63,833 nucleotides of DNA, filler included, from Hyphochytrium catenoides (GCA_900088475.1; 15 parts of 15 records of this genome joined end to end with filler, not necessarily neighbours in it); one strand, 5' to 3'. Shown: positions 23,990 through 37,417, counted from the first letter of the whole stretch. Program-made: numbers and translations. The notes: generated by a model not told the origin, from the letters alone.

Positions 23990-24341
23990 TTCTCTCTCTT
24001 CATCACTTCTTGTCCTGGCTTTCTCCGCAGCCATTCATCAACAAAGAGAAGCCAGCAGTTGGGCTTCCTTCCCATTGATTTGCCGGCCTCTCCTCTCTTT
24101 CTCTCTCTCTTCCTTTGGGCGTGTCTGCTTCTTACTCGCTCTTCACGCTCCTTCACTCATTGCCAAAAGACACCGCGACGGAAGAGAGACAACGGATCGC
24201 CAACAGGCGACGAGCCGCCGTGACTCTTTAGGGGGAGAGAGAGCAGAGAGAGAGGCCGACGAGAGAGATCCTTCACTGCAAGTTCAAGTGGTCACCTTGA
24301 GGTAGGGGCAGGTGCAAGTCAGGGCACAGCATCAGAGCCCA

Positions 24342-24376
<35 letters not shown>

Positions 24377-24831
24377 CCAAGAGAGAGAAGGGGAGAGAGA
24401 AAGAAAGAGAGAGAGAGAGTGAAATTCTGTTTCTTGCGCATGCTGCTGCTCCTTTCCCCATCAGGCATAAGAAAGACCTTGAGAAGTGGTCGGGCGTGTC
24501 CATCATGTCGCGGAAGGGTCACGGCCAAAGGATCGCGCCTTCTTCTTTCTCTCTCTCTCTCATTCTTCTCCTCTCTATTTTCTTCGAGACCTCTCTCTCT
24601 CCCCTTGTATTCTCTCTCTCTCTCATTGTCTTTCTCTGACGTTCTCCAACCCGCGCCAGGCATGGCACATCATCACTCTCTAGATGTCCAACAGTGGATG
24701 CCATGGCACAGCCGAGGAGGAGCCAGAGTCCGTCCATTCTGCGTCAGGTCAGGCCAGGGAAGGGATTCTTTATTTGAGGAAGAGGAAAGGTCTGCGGAGA
24801 GTATCAGAATTAGCGAAAAGAAGATCGGGAA

Positions 24832-24887
<56 letters not shown>

Positions 24888-25108
24888 AAGAGAAGAGTGA
24901 GAGACATGGCGCAGACAGAGAGAGAGAGAAGCAAAAAGAGGAAAAAGAAGGGAGAGAAAGAGGAAGGGAAGAGAGAGAGAAAACAAAGCGAGACAGAAGA
25001 GTGAGCTATATAGTAGGAAAGAACAAGACAGAGTCCAACAGAGAGAGACAGATTGGAGAAGGGAGAAAAATCAGAGACAGACAAAGAAAGGAAGAGGGGC
25101 AATAATTT

Positions 25109-25145
<37 letters not shown>

Positions 25146-25357
25146 AAAAGAGAGGAAAAGAGAGAGAAAGAGAGAGAGTTAGACTAGACGTCCATAACAG
25201 AGAGAGAGAGAGCGCAAAAAGAAGCGAGGAGGGAGAGAAAGAGAGACTTGAAGGTGGAGAGACGCAGCAGCGAAAGGCCACCAGCCAATCTACACTTCAA
25301 AGGGTTGATGTGTTTGCTCTCTTAGACCTCCTGGTCGGTGGAGTCTCTCTGACTCTT

Positions 25358-25393
<36 letters not shown>

Positions 25394-26197
25394 CCTCTCT
25401 TTCTCTCTTTTCGTTTCTTTCTTTCTTCGTCACATCACTCCCATCGACACGCCGACTGACCGATCGTCAGGGCTGCGCCGGTGGATTCTTCTCCTTTCTC
25501 TTTCCGTCCTCAATCATTGGCTATTAAAGGAGAGAGAGAGAGAGGCATACGGGGTAGAGAGAGAGGGGTAGAAAGAGAGAGAGAGAGAGAGAGAGGGTAA
25601 AAAGGGAGAGAGACTTTTGGCCTCTAAAAAGACCCTTATAGTCGATCTACCTATCGAGAGGACTAAATACCACTAGATCCCATGAATATCCCATGCACTA
25701 TAGACAAGGCCTAAGCTCGCTCGTACAGAATGTTCAATTGTTTTGCACTGGTATAAAAAAGGACTGGTATCATGGCGGTATTTACCGAGTATAAAAGACC
25801 TAAAGGTTTCTGAAGATGGAGGGACATTGCTCTAAAACGCAAGGGCAGGNNNNNNNNNNNNNNNNNNNNNNNNNNNNNNNNNNNNNNNNNNNNNNNNNNN
25901 NNNNNNNNNNNNNNNNNNNNNNNCTCTCCCTCTCTCTCTCTGTCTCTCTCTCTGTCTTTTCCCCTTACCAAGGTTGTCTGTTTGCCTTCCTTATTGCTGA
26001 TGTGCACGACTACTCTTGCTGCTCAACTGAGTGGAGCTGCGAGGCGGTGTGATTGAACACTAGTCGTGCAGGCCGATGGTTCTCTCTCTCTCTCTCTCTC
26101 ACTCTTTCTTTCTCTGTCTCTCTCTCTTTCTCTTCTTTCTCTTTCTTTGTCTCCTCTGTCTATGGCAAGCTATATCCGTCCCCTTGATCTTGGAGAC

Positions 26198-26232
<35 letters not shown>

Positions 26233-26646
26233 TCTTTCTTTCTCTCTCTCTTCTCTCTCTCTCTCACTTACTCTCTCCTCTACTAAATGTGCTTTAGAAC
26301 TACTCAAAAGGATTTCCTCATCGGACAGCTCTTCCTCTTGGTCTTCCCACTTGATTTTCAGCTTCTTTTCCAGTCTATGAAGAGTTTCTTAGTTTGAGCA
26401 GCGCAGACTTGAAGATGAAGAAGCGACTTTCTTTCTATCTGAAGAGTGATTGACACTCCGTCGGCTTCTCTCTCTCTCTCTCTCTCTCTCTCCCTCCCTC
26501 CCTCTCTCTCTCTTTCCTATTTTCTCGTCTCTCGCTCACTCTGTCTCGCTGTGACTCTCTGTTGGTGCCTCCTTTGGCCACTGATGGACTGACGTGAGAC
26601 CCGATGTTCTTGTTCGGAGTCTCCCTCTCGTCTTTCGCTCTTTTGT

Positions 26647-26685
<39 letters not shown>

Positions 26686-27007
26686 CATTCCGCTTGGTCT
26701 CTTCTCCGTCTGTTTGTACGGTGTGCCGCTGGCCTCTTGCTACTCCGTGTCCTCTTCTCTTACCACTGCCCCACCAAAGAGAGGGAGGGAGAGAGAGAGA
26801 NNNNNNNNNNNNNNNNNNNNNNNNNNNNNNNNNNNNAGAGAGAGAGAGAGAGAGAAAAGAGAGAGACAAGAGAACACGAGCGAGAGATGAGGAAGAGACT
26901 TGGGAAGAGAGGAGACAAAAGGTGATGGTGGAAATGGTGGTCGCAGTGTAGGGGTAAAGCGGACTCTTTCATAGTCCCACGCCCTCGACCCACGACCACG
27001 TGGAAGG

Positions 27008-27044
<37 letters not shown>

Positions 27045-27244
27045 TTCTCTGTCTATCGAGAGCACGACATTACATTTTGCATTTTGATCTCTCTTGTCTC
27101 TCTTTCTCTTCAGTTCTCTCTTCTCTCTCCTCTTCGTTTCCATGAAGTCTATCATAAGGTAGTTTACTTATTTGAAGATAGATCTAAGTTTCGATAGGGA
27201 CGAAGGAAGGTTGGGCCCACAAAGAGAGAGGGGAGAGAGAGAGG

Positions 27245-27315
<71 letters not shown>

Positions 27316-27324
27316 GCGCTACTC

Positions 27325-27827
27325 TTCTTCCGTCAGCTCCATGCTCTTCAATCTCTCTCTCAGCTTGGCGGCCACTCTCTCATACAGGCGATGCGGGCCA
27401 TACGAAGCAGTAGTCGTCTGCGGATGGAAAGTGCACAAGCGTCTCTCTTCCTCTTCAAACATCTGTCTTCTCTCTTCTCTTCTCTTTTCATACGTTTCTC
27501 TCTCCGAGAGAAGAATGTCTTCGATCGCTGAGTTCCCTCGTCCTCTTCTCTTGGCGAGACTTAGCGAGCGAGGGTCCAGCTACGCCAGGGCAAAGGAGAA
27601 AGGAAGAGTGAGAGAGAGAAAGAGAAAAGAAGAGAGAGAGAGATCGACTCTTCATTTTGATTAAGATAGAGAAAAAAGCTCTAGAGATTCGAAGACAAAG
27701 GAGAGAGATTCAAGAAGTAGGCACGGTTCGGAGAGATCGGGTCAAGAGAGAGAGAGAGAGAGAGAGAGTATACCTGAGGCTTAAAGCTTTCTTTCCTCTC
27801 TTCTTTCTTGAAGGGAGAAATAAATAA
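27325..27827 (-). CDS. Fragment of a protist coiled-coil protein with CTFxP-type repeats
   Basis: An exon ending ..KESFKPQ|GTATAC splices to an exon starting at 27579: LDPRSLSLAKRR..IEDILL..EEEERRLCTFHPQT. This matches the xTFxPxIxxxSxxLA repeat pattern. Confidence 0.55.
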
Positions 27828-27928
27828 CNNNNNNNNNNNNNNNNNNNNNNNNNNNNNNNNNNNNNNNNNNNNTTAATTAATTAANNNNNNNNNNNNNNNN
27901 NNNNNNNNNNNNNNNNNNNNNNNNNNNN

Positions 27929-28070
27929 TCTCTCTCTCTCTCGCTTAATCTCTCTCTCTCTCGCTTAATCTCTCTCTCTCTCGCATAGTCTCCCTCTCTC
28001 TCTCTTAATCTTCTCTCTCTCTCTCTTAATCTTCTCTCTCTCTCTCTTAATCTTCTCTCTCTCTCAATAT
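27929..28070. repeat. Minisatellite of about 20-21 bp, (CT)n interrupted by TTAATC
   Basis: About five to six recurrences of CTTAATC(T)TCTCTCTC. Confidence 0.8.
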
Positions 28071-29269
28071 CTCTCTCTATCTCCCTCACACAAATCTTCC
28101 ACTCTTTCCCTCTCTCTCTCTCGCTCGCCCACTCTTTCTCTCTCTCATAGTCTCTCTCTCTCTCTCATCTTTTTGATTGAGTTGCCTCTTCTCTTTCTCT
28201 GTTTCTCTCTTCTCTACCACATGTTTCCTCTCTCTTCTCTCTATCTCTTTCACCCTTTGCTCTCTCTCCCCCCTCTCATGTTTTGCCTCGATTTCTCTTT
28301 CTCTCTCTCTCTTCTCTCCGGCCCCTCCGCTTTCTCCTCTGTCTTCCTCGCTTTGCTGAAGCCTCTCTATCTGTCTCTCTCTCTCTCTCCGCTCTCCTAT
28401 CTCACCCGCTCTCCTTCCCTGTACGATCATTGACCTCATCAGAGAGAGAGCGAGCGGCATATCTACTAATAATAATAAAGGGGAAGATGGGCGGAAGATG
28501 TGGCTGGTCACGCCCCGTCATGGTTCCCTCGTCAACTCATTCTTCTTCTCTTCTTCTATCCATCTTCTTCCCTCCGTCGAGCGAGCAACATCTTCCTCCA
28601 CGTCCTCTCTTACTCTTGAAGATAGAGTAGCAGCTAATCTAATGGGCGGAAGGATGAGGGACAACACAGTCGTGAGGTCTGCGTGTGGGACAAAAGACAA
28701 CGAAGTAGACATCTTGAGCTTACGCCGAAGAAGAAGAAAGACAGGGTAGTCCCTAATATTAGTGGGCTCCTGGATAATAGGAGGAAGACGAGAGAATCAT
28801 CGAGAAGAGGGCCGCTCGCGCTAAAGTTAGTTGTACGTAGAGGATGATGCACTGCCTTGTTCGATGAGGATGGCGGATTGGTTGAGACAGAAGAGTCATA
28901 AAGTCGGTCTGAAGACGAGGGAAGTCGATAGGGATAACGTAGTTAGTAGTAACAGAAGATTCTCGAAGACGACGCGGCAACCTTCGTCGTAAGATCGTAA
29001 GAGAAGAGACCGCCATAAAGTCAAGGCTTGGAAATATTGCAGCCCGCGGCTCGGAGAGGAGTTATTACACCTTATAAGTCATTAAGGCGGAACCACTAAA
29101 TGAATTACTCCCCAAAATGTCAGAATCTGGCCTCCGCTCAATGAACCCCCTGGACCTCTATACAGCCACNNNNNNNNNNNNNNNNNNNNNNNNNNNNNNN
29201 NNNNNNNNNNNNNTTAATTAATTAANNNNNNNNNNNNNNNNNNNNNNNNNNNNNNNNNNNNNNNNNNNN

Positions 29270-30424
29270 GGCCTCATCGCCCTCGCACGGCAGAGCGGCT
29301 TGGCAGGGAGATACCGGCGCAACTACAGGTGGAAGAGCATCGGGGAAGAAGTCATCCTCATCCTCGTCACAGTCAGTGGAGGCATCAGGGTCTGGCTCTA
29401 CAAGGCTCTCGGGTGCGATTGGGACCATCGCTGGGGTCCCCGTGGCCAAGTCACCACCTGCAGGTGGCGCAGGTGCCTCGGACATAGGCGGAAGAGCAGG
29501 GACCTCTGGTTGTTGCTGGTCCGCTGGTGTCTTTCCTCCATAGAGCCACTCTCTCCCACAGTCCACAAGGGCTTTCACCATGGCCACGGGGTCTGGTGAT
29601 TGGTGGATGAGACTGAAGAGAGACGTCACGTAGCTGGAGAGCTGGGCGTTGTTGACGGAGAGAAAAGAGGAAGACTGAGATTCAAGCGCTGAGGCGTCTG
29701 CAGCCTTGCCCGCAGGCTCCATTGGCATGTCTGGATAGACAGTCTCCATCGCTAGAGTAGCGTCTTCAGGCAGTGCCTCTTCCTCTAGGAAAGCTTCCTC
29801 AGTCGCCAGGGAAGAGGAGAGAGGCCTTGTCAGAGCTCCAGCCATAGACAGTTCTGCTGAGTCAACCGGCATCTCTCCTGCATGCTTTCCTACAGCCAGA
29901 GTGGCCGGAGAAAGCTCAGCCGAAGAACTTGGAAGGCCAGTCTTCATCCCTACGGAGCTGCCTTCAGGCATTGTCTCTCTCTCCGAGAAGTCCGCTGTCT
30001 CGTTGTCCGGGGGAGAGAGAGAAGTCTCCAGCAGAGGATGAGCATTCGGCAGCTGTGCAGAGTTGGCAGACCCTCCGATGTTCGTTGCTACGTCCAGAGT
30101 TGCTGGAGCAAGCTCAGCGGAAGAGCCTGGAAGGACATTGTTTACCCCTTGAGAGCTGCTTGCAGGCACCGTCTCTGTCTCCAAGGATGCTATTGTCTCG
30201 TTAGCCTTGAGAGAGAGAGAATCTGTCGCGTTGGCGGGGAGAGAGAAAGAAGTTATCAGCACAGGTTCAGCATCATTCAGACCTGCAGATTCTTCTCCCG
30301 GACCCGTTGCTATCGCCAGGGTGCTCGGAGGTCGCTCCGCCAGAGCCTCTGAAGACTCGATGTAGACCGTTGCAAGCATCAGAGCGGTCAAGACCGACCG
30401 CACTGAGATGGGGCGTGGCGCCAT
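29270..30424 (-). CDS. Secreted Ser/Ala/Pro/Glu-rich repeat protein, 3' end truncated by the gap
   Basis: Signal peptide MAPRPISVRSVLTALMLATVYIESSEA, then three diverged ~60-70 aa repeats (AERPPSTLAIA / SAELAPATLDVA / SAELSPATLAVG) and an acidic C-terminal part. Confidence 0.75.
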
Positions 30425-30614
30425 GTTTCTCTGTTTTCTTCACTCTTTCTCTCTTTTCTCTCTCTCTTTCTCTCTCTCTCTCTCAACAGTTCACTAGCTC
30501 AAACTTTCTGCCTAGGGACAGAGGAAACAGGTCTGTGGGTCCTGACCTCTCCTCGCTCGCTTTCTCTTTTATCAGTCCAGAGAAAATTTTAGAATGAGGA
30601 GGGCAGAAAGGGGT

Positions 30615-30646
<32 letters not shown>

Positions 30647-31183
30647 GAAGATGAAGGCAGGAGATCTAGCGGACTCGTGCTACGTTTCAGCAATCAAGCC
30701 CTCGGTTCTTACTCTCTTTCTGTTTGTCTCTCTCTCTCTTTCTCTCTCCCTCGCTCTTTATGTCTCGCTCCCTCTTTCTCTTTCTTTTTCTCTCTCAACG
30801 TCGATGGCTTTCACTATGGCTATTCGGCTCCGTCCATCTCCGTCTTCAATCTCGCTCATTGGCCATAGAGCCGTGGTGCTACGTTTGCTCTGGCTCGACG
30901 ACAGAAAGGAGATGGAGCTCTCTCCTTGGACATCTACATAGGTGATGCAAGAGTAACCGAAGAGTCAGAGAGAGAGAGAGAGAGAAAGAGAAAGAGAGAC
31001 AGAGAGAGAGGAACTCTGAGATCCCTTGTCTACGGAGTGAACCATGTGACCTGGATACTCTTTCGGCTAGGCCTAAGATCCTANNNNNNNNNNNNNNNNN
31101 NNNNNNNNNNNNNNNNNNNNNNNNNNNTTAATTAATTAANNNNNNNNNNNNNNNNNNNNNNNNNNNNNNNNNNNNNNNNNNNN

Positions 31184-31401
31184 ATGCCAGCAAGAAGAAA
31201 GGCAGAGACTCCAAAGGCAATCCAGAAGGCCTGCCACACTCTGTACGGGCTGCCGATGCTTGGGAGGTCGCTGTAGAGAGTAGTGCAGCCAGGCGGAACG
31301 AAGGGATAGCTACAATTGACTACTGAGACGTTAGCCTGGTCCATGGGAGAGAGAGTGGCGTTGCTTTGCTGTGCAAAGGCGACAGAGCGTAGGCCCGTCA
31401 T
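31184..31401 (-). CDS. 5' fragment of a membrane protein (Cys motif followed by a first TM helix; possibly 7TM/GPCR-like)
   Basis: NCSYPFVPPGCTTLY, N-glycosylation sequons (NAT, NVS, NCS), then hydrophobic VWQAFWIAFGVSAFLLAG running into the gap. Confidence 0.45.
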
Positions 31402-31583
31402 CCTTCTTGAGATAGCTCTCTTAGCTTACTCTTTTTTCCTCGTTCTCTTCTCTAGAGGTGACCCATGAGAAGCAAAGCAGAAGCGGAGAGCGCTAGAGAG
31501 CCTCACTCCGCTTCCTGTCCTAGAGGCATCGACACAAATAATCTGCAGAAAGAGATTTGATCATGAACTAACTTCAACGCGGC

Positions 31584-31618
<35 letters not shown>

Positions 31619-32011
31619 ACGTAGGGTTCTGGCTATAGGGCGGCTCTGGGTGTCGCTGAAGGAGCGAGGTGATGACGCATTGGCAGCATGAGTTGTGCCC
31701 TTGCCGCTTAGTAAGCTCGTCGTCTCTCTCCCTCTCTGTCTCTTTGCATTCACTCTGATGCTCTCTTGTGGCTTTTGTGTGCCTGCCTCTCTCTCTGTCT
31801 GGCTGGCTCTCGCTTCTACCCTGCTGTCTGTCGCTCTTTTCCTTTCTCTCCTGTCACGATCTTCCATCTCCTTATCATCAAATTAGGAAGTTGCTAACAC
31901 TTCTTTTCCTCCCGTCTATTGTGTCCTCTCCTCCTCTCCCTCTCTCTCCCCCTCTTTAATCTGTCTCTGTAATCTGTCTCTCTTTCTAATCTGTGCTTCT
32001 CTCTCTCTCTC

Positions 32012-32052
<41 letters not shown>

Positions 32053-33396
32053 CCTCCCTTTCTCTCTCTCTCTCTCTCTCTCTCTGCTCTCCGACTCTTC
32101 TGATCATCCCAGATCCGCCCATCCACCCTCTTTTGTGCATATAATGTACCCTGAGAAGGCGGGTGGGGAGCTCTATTGCAGCCATCTTCAATAGCTTTTA
32201 GGAGGATGAGGGTGAGATAGGCATTGTGGGTTTGCAGCGCCATGCCTTATCTTAGATGTCAAGCTCTAATCAACCTGCGTTTGATTCCTTCTATTCAACC
32301 CAAAATGCGGCACGAGACTCTGCTCTGAAGAGGGGTGGGAGGGGAAAATGGACGATAACGGCTATATTAAAGGCAGGTGAGGAAGGTGAGGAGTGAAGGA
32401 AGGAAGACAGAGCGTATTGAGGTGTGAGTCAGAGTGTGCATGAGATAGTTCGTGGCAAATATTATATAGGCTGAAGTGGGATGTGGTAATAAAAAGAGGT
32501 ATTCTGAGAGACACTCTTTAGGGGAGAGATACTCTTAGGTCGTTTGGCTTCTCAGAAAAGGTCAAAGGATAACACACAGAGAGAGTGAGAGAGAGAGAGA
32601 GAGAGANNNNNNNNNNNNNNNNNNNNNNNNNNNNNNNNNNNNNNNNNNNNTTAATTAATTAANNNNNNNNNNNNNNNNNNNNNNNNNNNNNNNNNNNNNN
32701 NNNNNNGAGAGAGAGAGAGAGAGAGAGAGAGTGAGAGAGTGAGAGAGTGAGAGAGTGAGAGAGTGAGAGGGACGGAAAGAGACAGTGAGACAAAGAAGAC
32801 TGAGAAGGCCGAACCGTCTAAGAAATATCCGTATGGCCCCCTACAGGACAACAAGCAGACGGATTCTCTCGCCACGACCGAAGACCCAGTGTAGAGAGAG
32901 ATAAGACGACGAAGCATCAAGCATGCAGCATCAGTTCCAACCTTTTGTGGCCCTTCCCCTTGAATCATCTCAGCCGGGAGACAAGCAAGAGCTATATGCT
33001 GATAAACCATTCGGAGTGCATGAAGCGACATCTGCTTCATAGAGTTTACGGTCCGAATATCTCCGCCCTCATGGATGCCTTGTACCGTTCGTTACCTTCC
33101 CGGAGAGACTTGAGAACTCGAGCTGTAAGGCTCTCGGCTAGAGTGAGCATCTAGTAAGATGGAGAAGACACGGCTGCTCCCTCAGGCAATGTAGAAGAGG
33201 AGGGCCACTCCCACGGGCAATAGTGGTGACCACGTAGCTGGATCTTCGAGAACTGGAGCTCACTTCAGGAAAAGCAAGCAGGCCAACAGTCAGACGCCAC
33301 CCTTCACTCGACAGCCACACCTTCCATATTTATCTATCAGTAGAATCTACCTTACTCCGCTCTCCCTTCGCGAAGAGGACCAGTAGTCAACTGAAC

Positions 33397-34584
33397 ATGG
33401 CTCGCTTATCAAGCCTAATAATGATGCTCGCTGCGGCGGCATCTGCAGTAGCCTCTGTCGCCGCCTCTGCTGCGGTAGAGGAAAGCCCCTTCTCTAATCC
33501 GTTCAGAGGCAGGCTTCAATACGTCAACTCGCGTTTTGTGCAGCAGGTCGAGCAAGTCAAGAAAGGAGCTTATAATGGTGACGCAAAAGGACTCGATAGA
33601 GTTGCTAGAATGCCTGTCGCCATTTGGATAGACAACACAAAGACCATTGATGAGATCGAGAGCCATCTTAACGAAGCAAGGCTTCAGAGCAAGGCTGGTG
33701 GTGGGCAAACTGTTAGCGTGGCCTTCGTGATATACAATCTTCCAGAGAGAGATTGTGCGGCTCACGCTTCAGCTGGCGAGCTGCCTGGAACGCCTGAGGG
33801 AGCCCAACAGTACAAGGCGTACATTGATAAGATCGTCAAGATCTTCTCCAACTACCCAGACGTTACCATTGTATCTATTCTGGAGCCTGACTCACTTCCC
33901 AACCTAGTCACCAACCTTGAGACGCATAAGAAGTGCCAGAACGCGGAGAAGTACTATAAGTCGGGCATTAGCTACGCCATCAAGCAGCTCTCTTCTCTGA
34001 GCTCTGTCGCCATCTACTTGGACGCTGCGCATGAAAATTGGCTGGGATGGCCGGCTAACAGCGAGAAGTTTGCGACCCTTGTTAGCGAAGTGCTTAAGGA
34101 TGCTGGAGGCCCAGAGACAATCCGTGGCTTTGCCACCAATGTCGCCAACTATAACAGCGTCAAGACCTTCACAAACGGACAACCACAATATCCTATCTCT
34201 GAAGGAAACAATGCGTGGAATGAGACTGCATACGTAGAGATTTTGAACTCAGCAATGGAGCAGGCGGGAGTTAGCGGGAAAAAGTTTATCGTTGATACAA
34301 GTCGCGTCAGAGTGCTTCCTGTCGAGGATAAGAAGCTGGCGCAGTGGTGCAATGTCAAAGGCGCCGGTCTTGGCAACCCATTCACTATTGAGCCTCATCC
34401 GCTAATAGACGCCTACCTCTGGGTAAAAATTCCAGGAGAATCCGATGGAACTACAGATAAGACCTCTAAGCGCTTTGACCCCAGTTGCCTGAGTCCAGAT
34501 AGCATTCCTGACGCTCCGGAAGCTGGTAAATTTAGCGCGAAAAACTTCTTGGACCTGGTCTCAAGAGCGACATTTGACTTGTAA
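33397..34584 (+). CDS. Glycoside hydrolase family 6 cellulase (cellobiohydrolase/endoglucanase); secreted, no CBM, intronless
   Basis: Signal peptide and GH6 motifs VIYNLPERDCAA, ILEPDSLPNL (catalytic Asp), YLDAAH..WLGW, IRGFATNVANYN, FIVDTSR, WCNVKGAGLG, DAYLWVKIPGESDG and APEAG. Confidence 0.95.
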   Translation: MARLSSLIMMLAAAASAVASVAASAAVEESPFSNPFRGRLQYVNSRFVQQVEQVKKGAYNGDAKGLDRVARMPVAIWIDNTKTIDEIESHLNEARLQSKAGGGQTVSVAFVIYNLPERDCAAHASAGELPGTPEGAQQYKAYIDKIVKIFSNYPDVTIVSILEPDSLPNLVTNLETHKKCQNAEKYYKSGISYAIKQLSSLSSVAIYLDAAHENWLGWPANSEKFATLVSEVLKDAGGPETIRGFATNVANYNSVKTFTNGQPQYPISEGNNAWNETAYVEILNSAMEQAGVSGKKFIVDTSRVRVLPVEDKKLAQWCNVKGAGLGNPFTIEPHPLIDAYLWVKIPGESDGTTDKTSKRFDPSCLSPDSIPDAPEAGKFSAKNFLDLVSRATFDL

Positions 34585-35699
34585 ACCAGCGTGGGGATCC
34601 TCATCCACTTGTTGAGCCAAACATGCAAGGAAACTCTTTCCTACTAATAGTTTGAAGGAGACTCCAGAAACTGGCGCCTCTTTCCTTGTTATTTCTACCT
34701 ACCAGTCCGGCCTTCTGTTGACAGCAAAACCTATAGACTGTCCGTTGGTCAGCGTCGTCATCTGTCTGTATGTTTAAGAACTTCAATGCGCTGTTTATGT
34801 TACAAGTGCGGAGAACTCAGTAGCTATGACTTCATCAATTAATGTTAGAGGTTTTCTCTTATTCGTTTCTGTGCCTATCATCGTCACCTGACTTTATGAG
34901 GATTCACAGAGAGCACTAATGGGACTAGCCTAAGCCACAAGTAGCCCTCTTTTTATCTATTGCCTAATCTGCGTCATTCAAACGGCCGCACTCCCCTGAC
35001 CTAGTCAGCTAATAATGTGATTGGCATGCGCTGCGTAACGAAGTAGAGTGCAGCTATAAAGTGCTGACTTTATCGTCTCACAGCCAAATGTAATGGCCAC
35101 CACTCCGGCTGGCAAGTCTACCACTCCGCCATCCAAAGGGAACACACGGGACTAAGTCCTGGAATGCCTCGTTACAGCTCTCAGTAAAAACAACGTTACT
35201 AATCACTTAACTTGCAGATTTTAGAGCTGCAGCGTTACTCAGGAAGGTCCTTGTTGGTCATCAAGAAGACATAGAAAAATTCATGGATCTCGTGGCATAG
35301 TCATAGAAGCATGAAGGTGGGAGCCTCGTGAAACACAGATACATCACCAGCAGGTCCATCGAATGCGTGAGAGGAGCCATTGTCATTCTCAAAATGTGTT
35401 ATTGATACCATCAACTAGCCCGCGGTCATTAGCTGTCTGTTAGGAAACACCATTCTCAGGATCCGTTGATACGGAGATGATGCGCCACGAAGAGGAGGAG
35501 GAGGTATGACAACAGGCTGTCGCTGCTTTTTGTTCCGTCTTCTTGAGCTTTTGAGCTCTGGATGAGGTCTGCAGATGGCGCCGATGACGGCACTGTTGCT
35601 AGGAAGAAGAACTGCTCTAGGACTTCCCTCTTGGCTTTTGGTAGCGGAGTTGCAGCCGAAGTTCCATCGAAAGAAATCCGAAAATAGTCCGGACCTGGC

Positions 35700-36452
35700 T
35701 GCGAACTTACAGCCTTGTTCTACAAAGTACTAGAATAGTCTGTAGAGTAAAATGACGGCAATATTGCAATTGTCTTCAACATCAAGGATCAAGGTAAATA
35801 TATTGTGTAAATTGACAAGATCAGACTTTCTTCACCCTATAAAGATGATTCAAACTCTCTCAGTGTGAAATGACTACTGTAGTGATGGAGCACTTTGTTG
35901 TAGATTATCGCGGAGCATGTCGAATTGTGAATTGACAGCTAAGATATGTCGCTCCTCTGCTTGTGTATGTCCTCCGTTTTGGCCTTGTCTAGGCGACAGA
36001 CCCAAAGACAAATAATTTAACAGCCTCGAAATACCACAAATGCGTACAGACCTCAAGATCTTTCGGGAGGATGGTCATGTATTGTTTATCCTCGGGTACA
36101 CTACATTAATTAGGGGTTTGGAGAGGAATTCATATATTGTTATTAAAGAAGTAGATATAGCTTTCGGAATCGTACTAAGTGGCCCATTATTTGAGGGTAC
36201 TATCGACCATATTCTCACCACCAGAACTAGAAAACAGTTGCTCCGTAAAGGTAGGATGGTCGTGTTTTTTTGGGCTGAGTATAGGACACCTCTAAGCGCC
36301 TAAATCTTATTCGGTATCTTCACACAGACGTCCTTCCTACACCTAAATCCTAAACAGACGGCATAGTAATATTTGAAGAGTAGCTGACAGGGATAATTCT
36401 AAAATAGCAATTATCCTAGTAATAGGCCAGACCTGAACTGTCCTCTTCGCCG
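35700..36452 (-). pseudogene. Decayed ORF/TE relic
   Basis: AT- and TA-rich. A minus-strand frame reads protein-like but is broken mostly by TAA/TAG stops (..VDSTLK*WAT*YDSESYIYFF..). The family is not recognised. Confidence 0.35.
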
Positions 36453-37112
36453 NNNNNNNNNNNNNNNNNNNNNNNNNNNNNNNNNNNNNNNNNNNNTTAA
36501 TTAATTAANNNNNNNNNNNNNNNNNNNNNNNNNNNNNNNNNNNNNNNNNNNNAGAGAGAGAGAGAGAAAGACAAAGGCGATAGTTGATAGAGATAATGAG
36601 AGAAGAGAGTCAAAGGAGAGAGGTGCGAAGAGAGAGGCGGGGAGACAAAAGCCAGAGATAGTTACAGTTTAGCGAAAGGTCATTGTAGCAACTAACCGTG
36701 AAGGAGAGAGACGGAGGCAAAGAGAGAGAGAGTGGGAGAAAGAGGAAGGGGCGGGGAGGAAGAGAGAAAGGGAAAGGATCTTCCTCTCCCTTGAACATCA
36801 ATTTCAGATGCCAACACCTATGGAGACAGGCAGCAGCCCCAGAAAGAAAGAGGCTCCGTGAGAGACCAGACAAGAGAGAGAGAAAGAGAGAAAATAGGGA
36901 GAAAGGAGCGAGGAACCGATGGTAGACAGAGGAGAGCTGTCCATAATCAGTGAGAAAAGAGAGAGAGAGAGAGAGATTATGTCGTAGAGGAGAGGATAGA
37001 AGAGAGATATTGAACCAGGGCGGGAGGGGGAGGAAAGGAGGGAGAAAAGAGAGAGTAAGAAGAAGACTGCGTCTTTCTCTTTCTTTGTCACTGTCTCTCT
37101 GCTTCTCTATTT

Positions 37113-37361
37113 ATGTCGAACATTTCTCTGCTGCCTCTCTCCTCTCCGTGGAAGTTGGGCCGCGTCCTGGGTCAGGGAAGGTTTGGCAAGGTCCTGCAGG
37201 TCTTTTACGCCTCAAGGTGATGCCGGAGCTACTCTAGGGGTAGTCAGTCTCTCTCTCTCTCTCTCTCTCTCTTCAAGAGCGTTCTCTGGTCCTTCTGTCC
37301 GATCTTCTCCCTTTGCTTCCTCCCTGTCTATCTCATCAATTCTTTGAGTTCAAAGCCCGCT

Positions 37362-37417
<56 letters not shown>

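Noticed and set aside
20900-24760. Exon-like islands at 20.9-22.2 kb (-) and 24.2-24.75 kb (+)
   Set aside because: They are plausibly coding, but the frame and product could not be supported.
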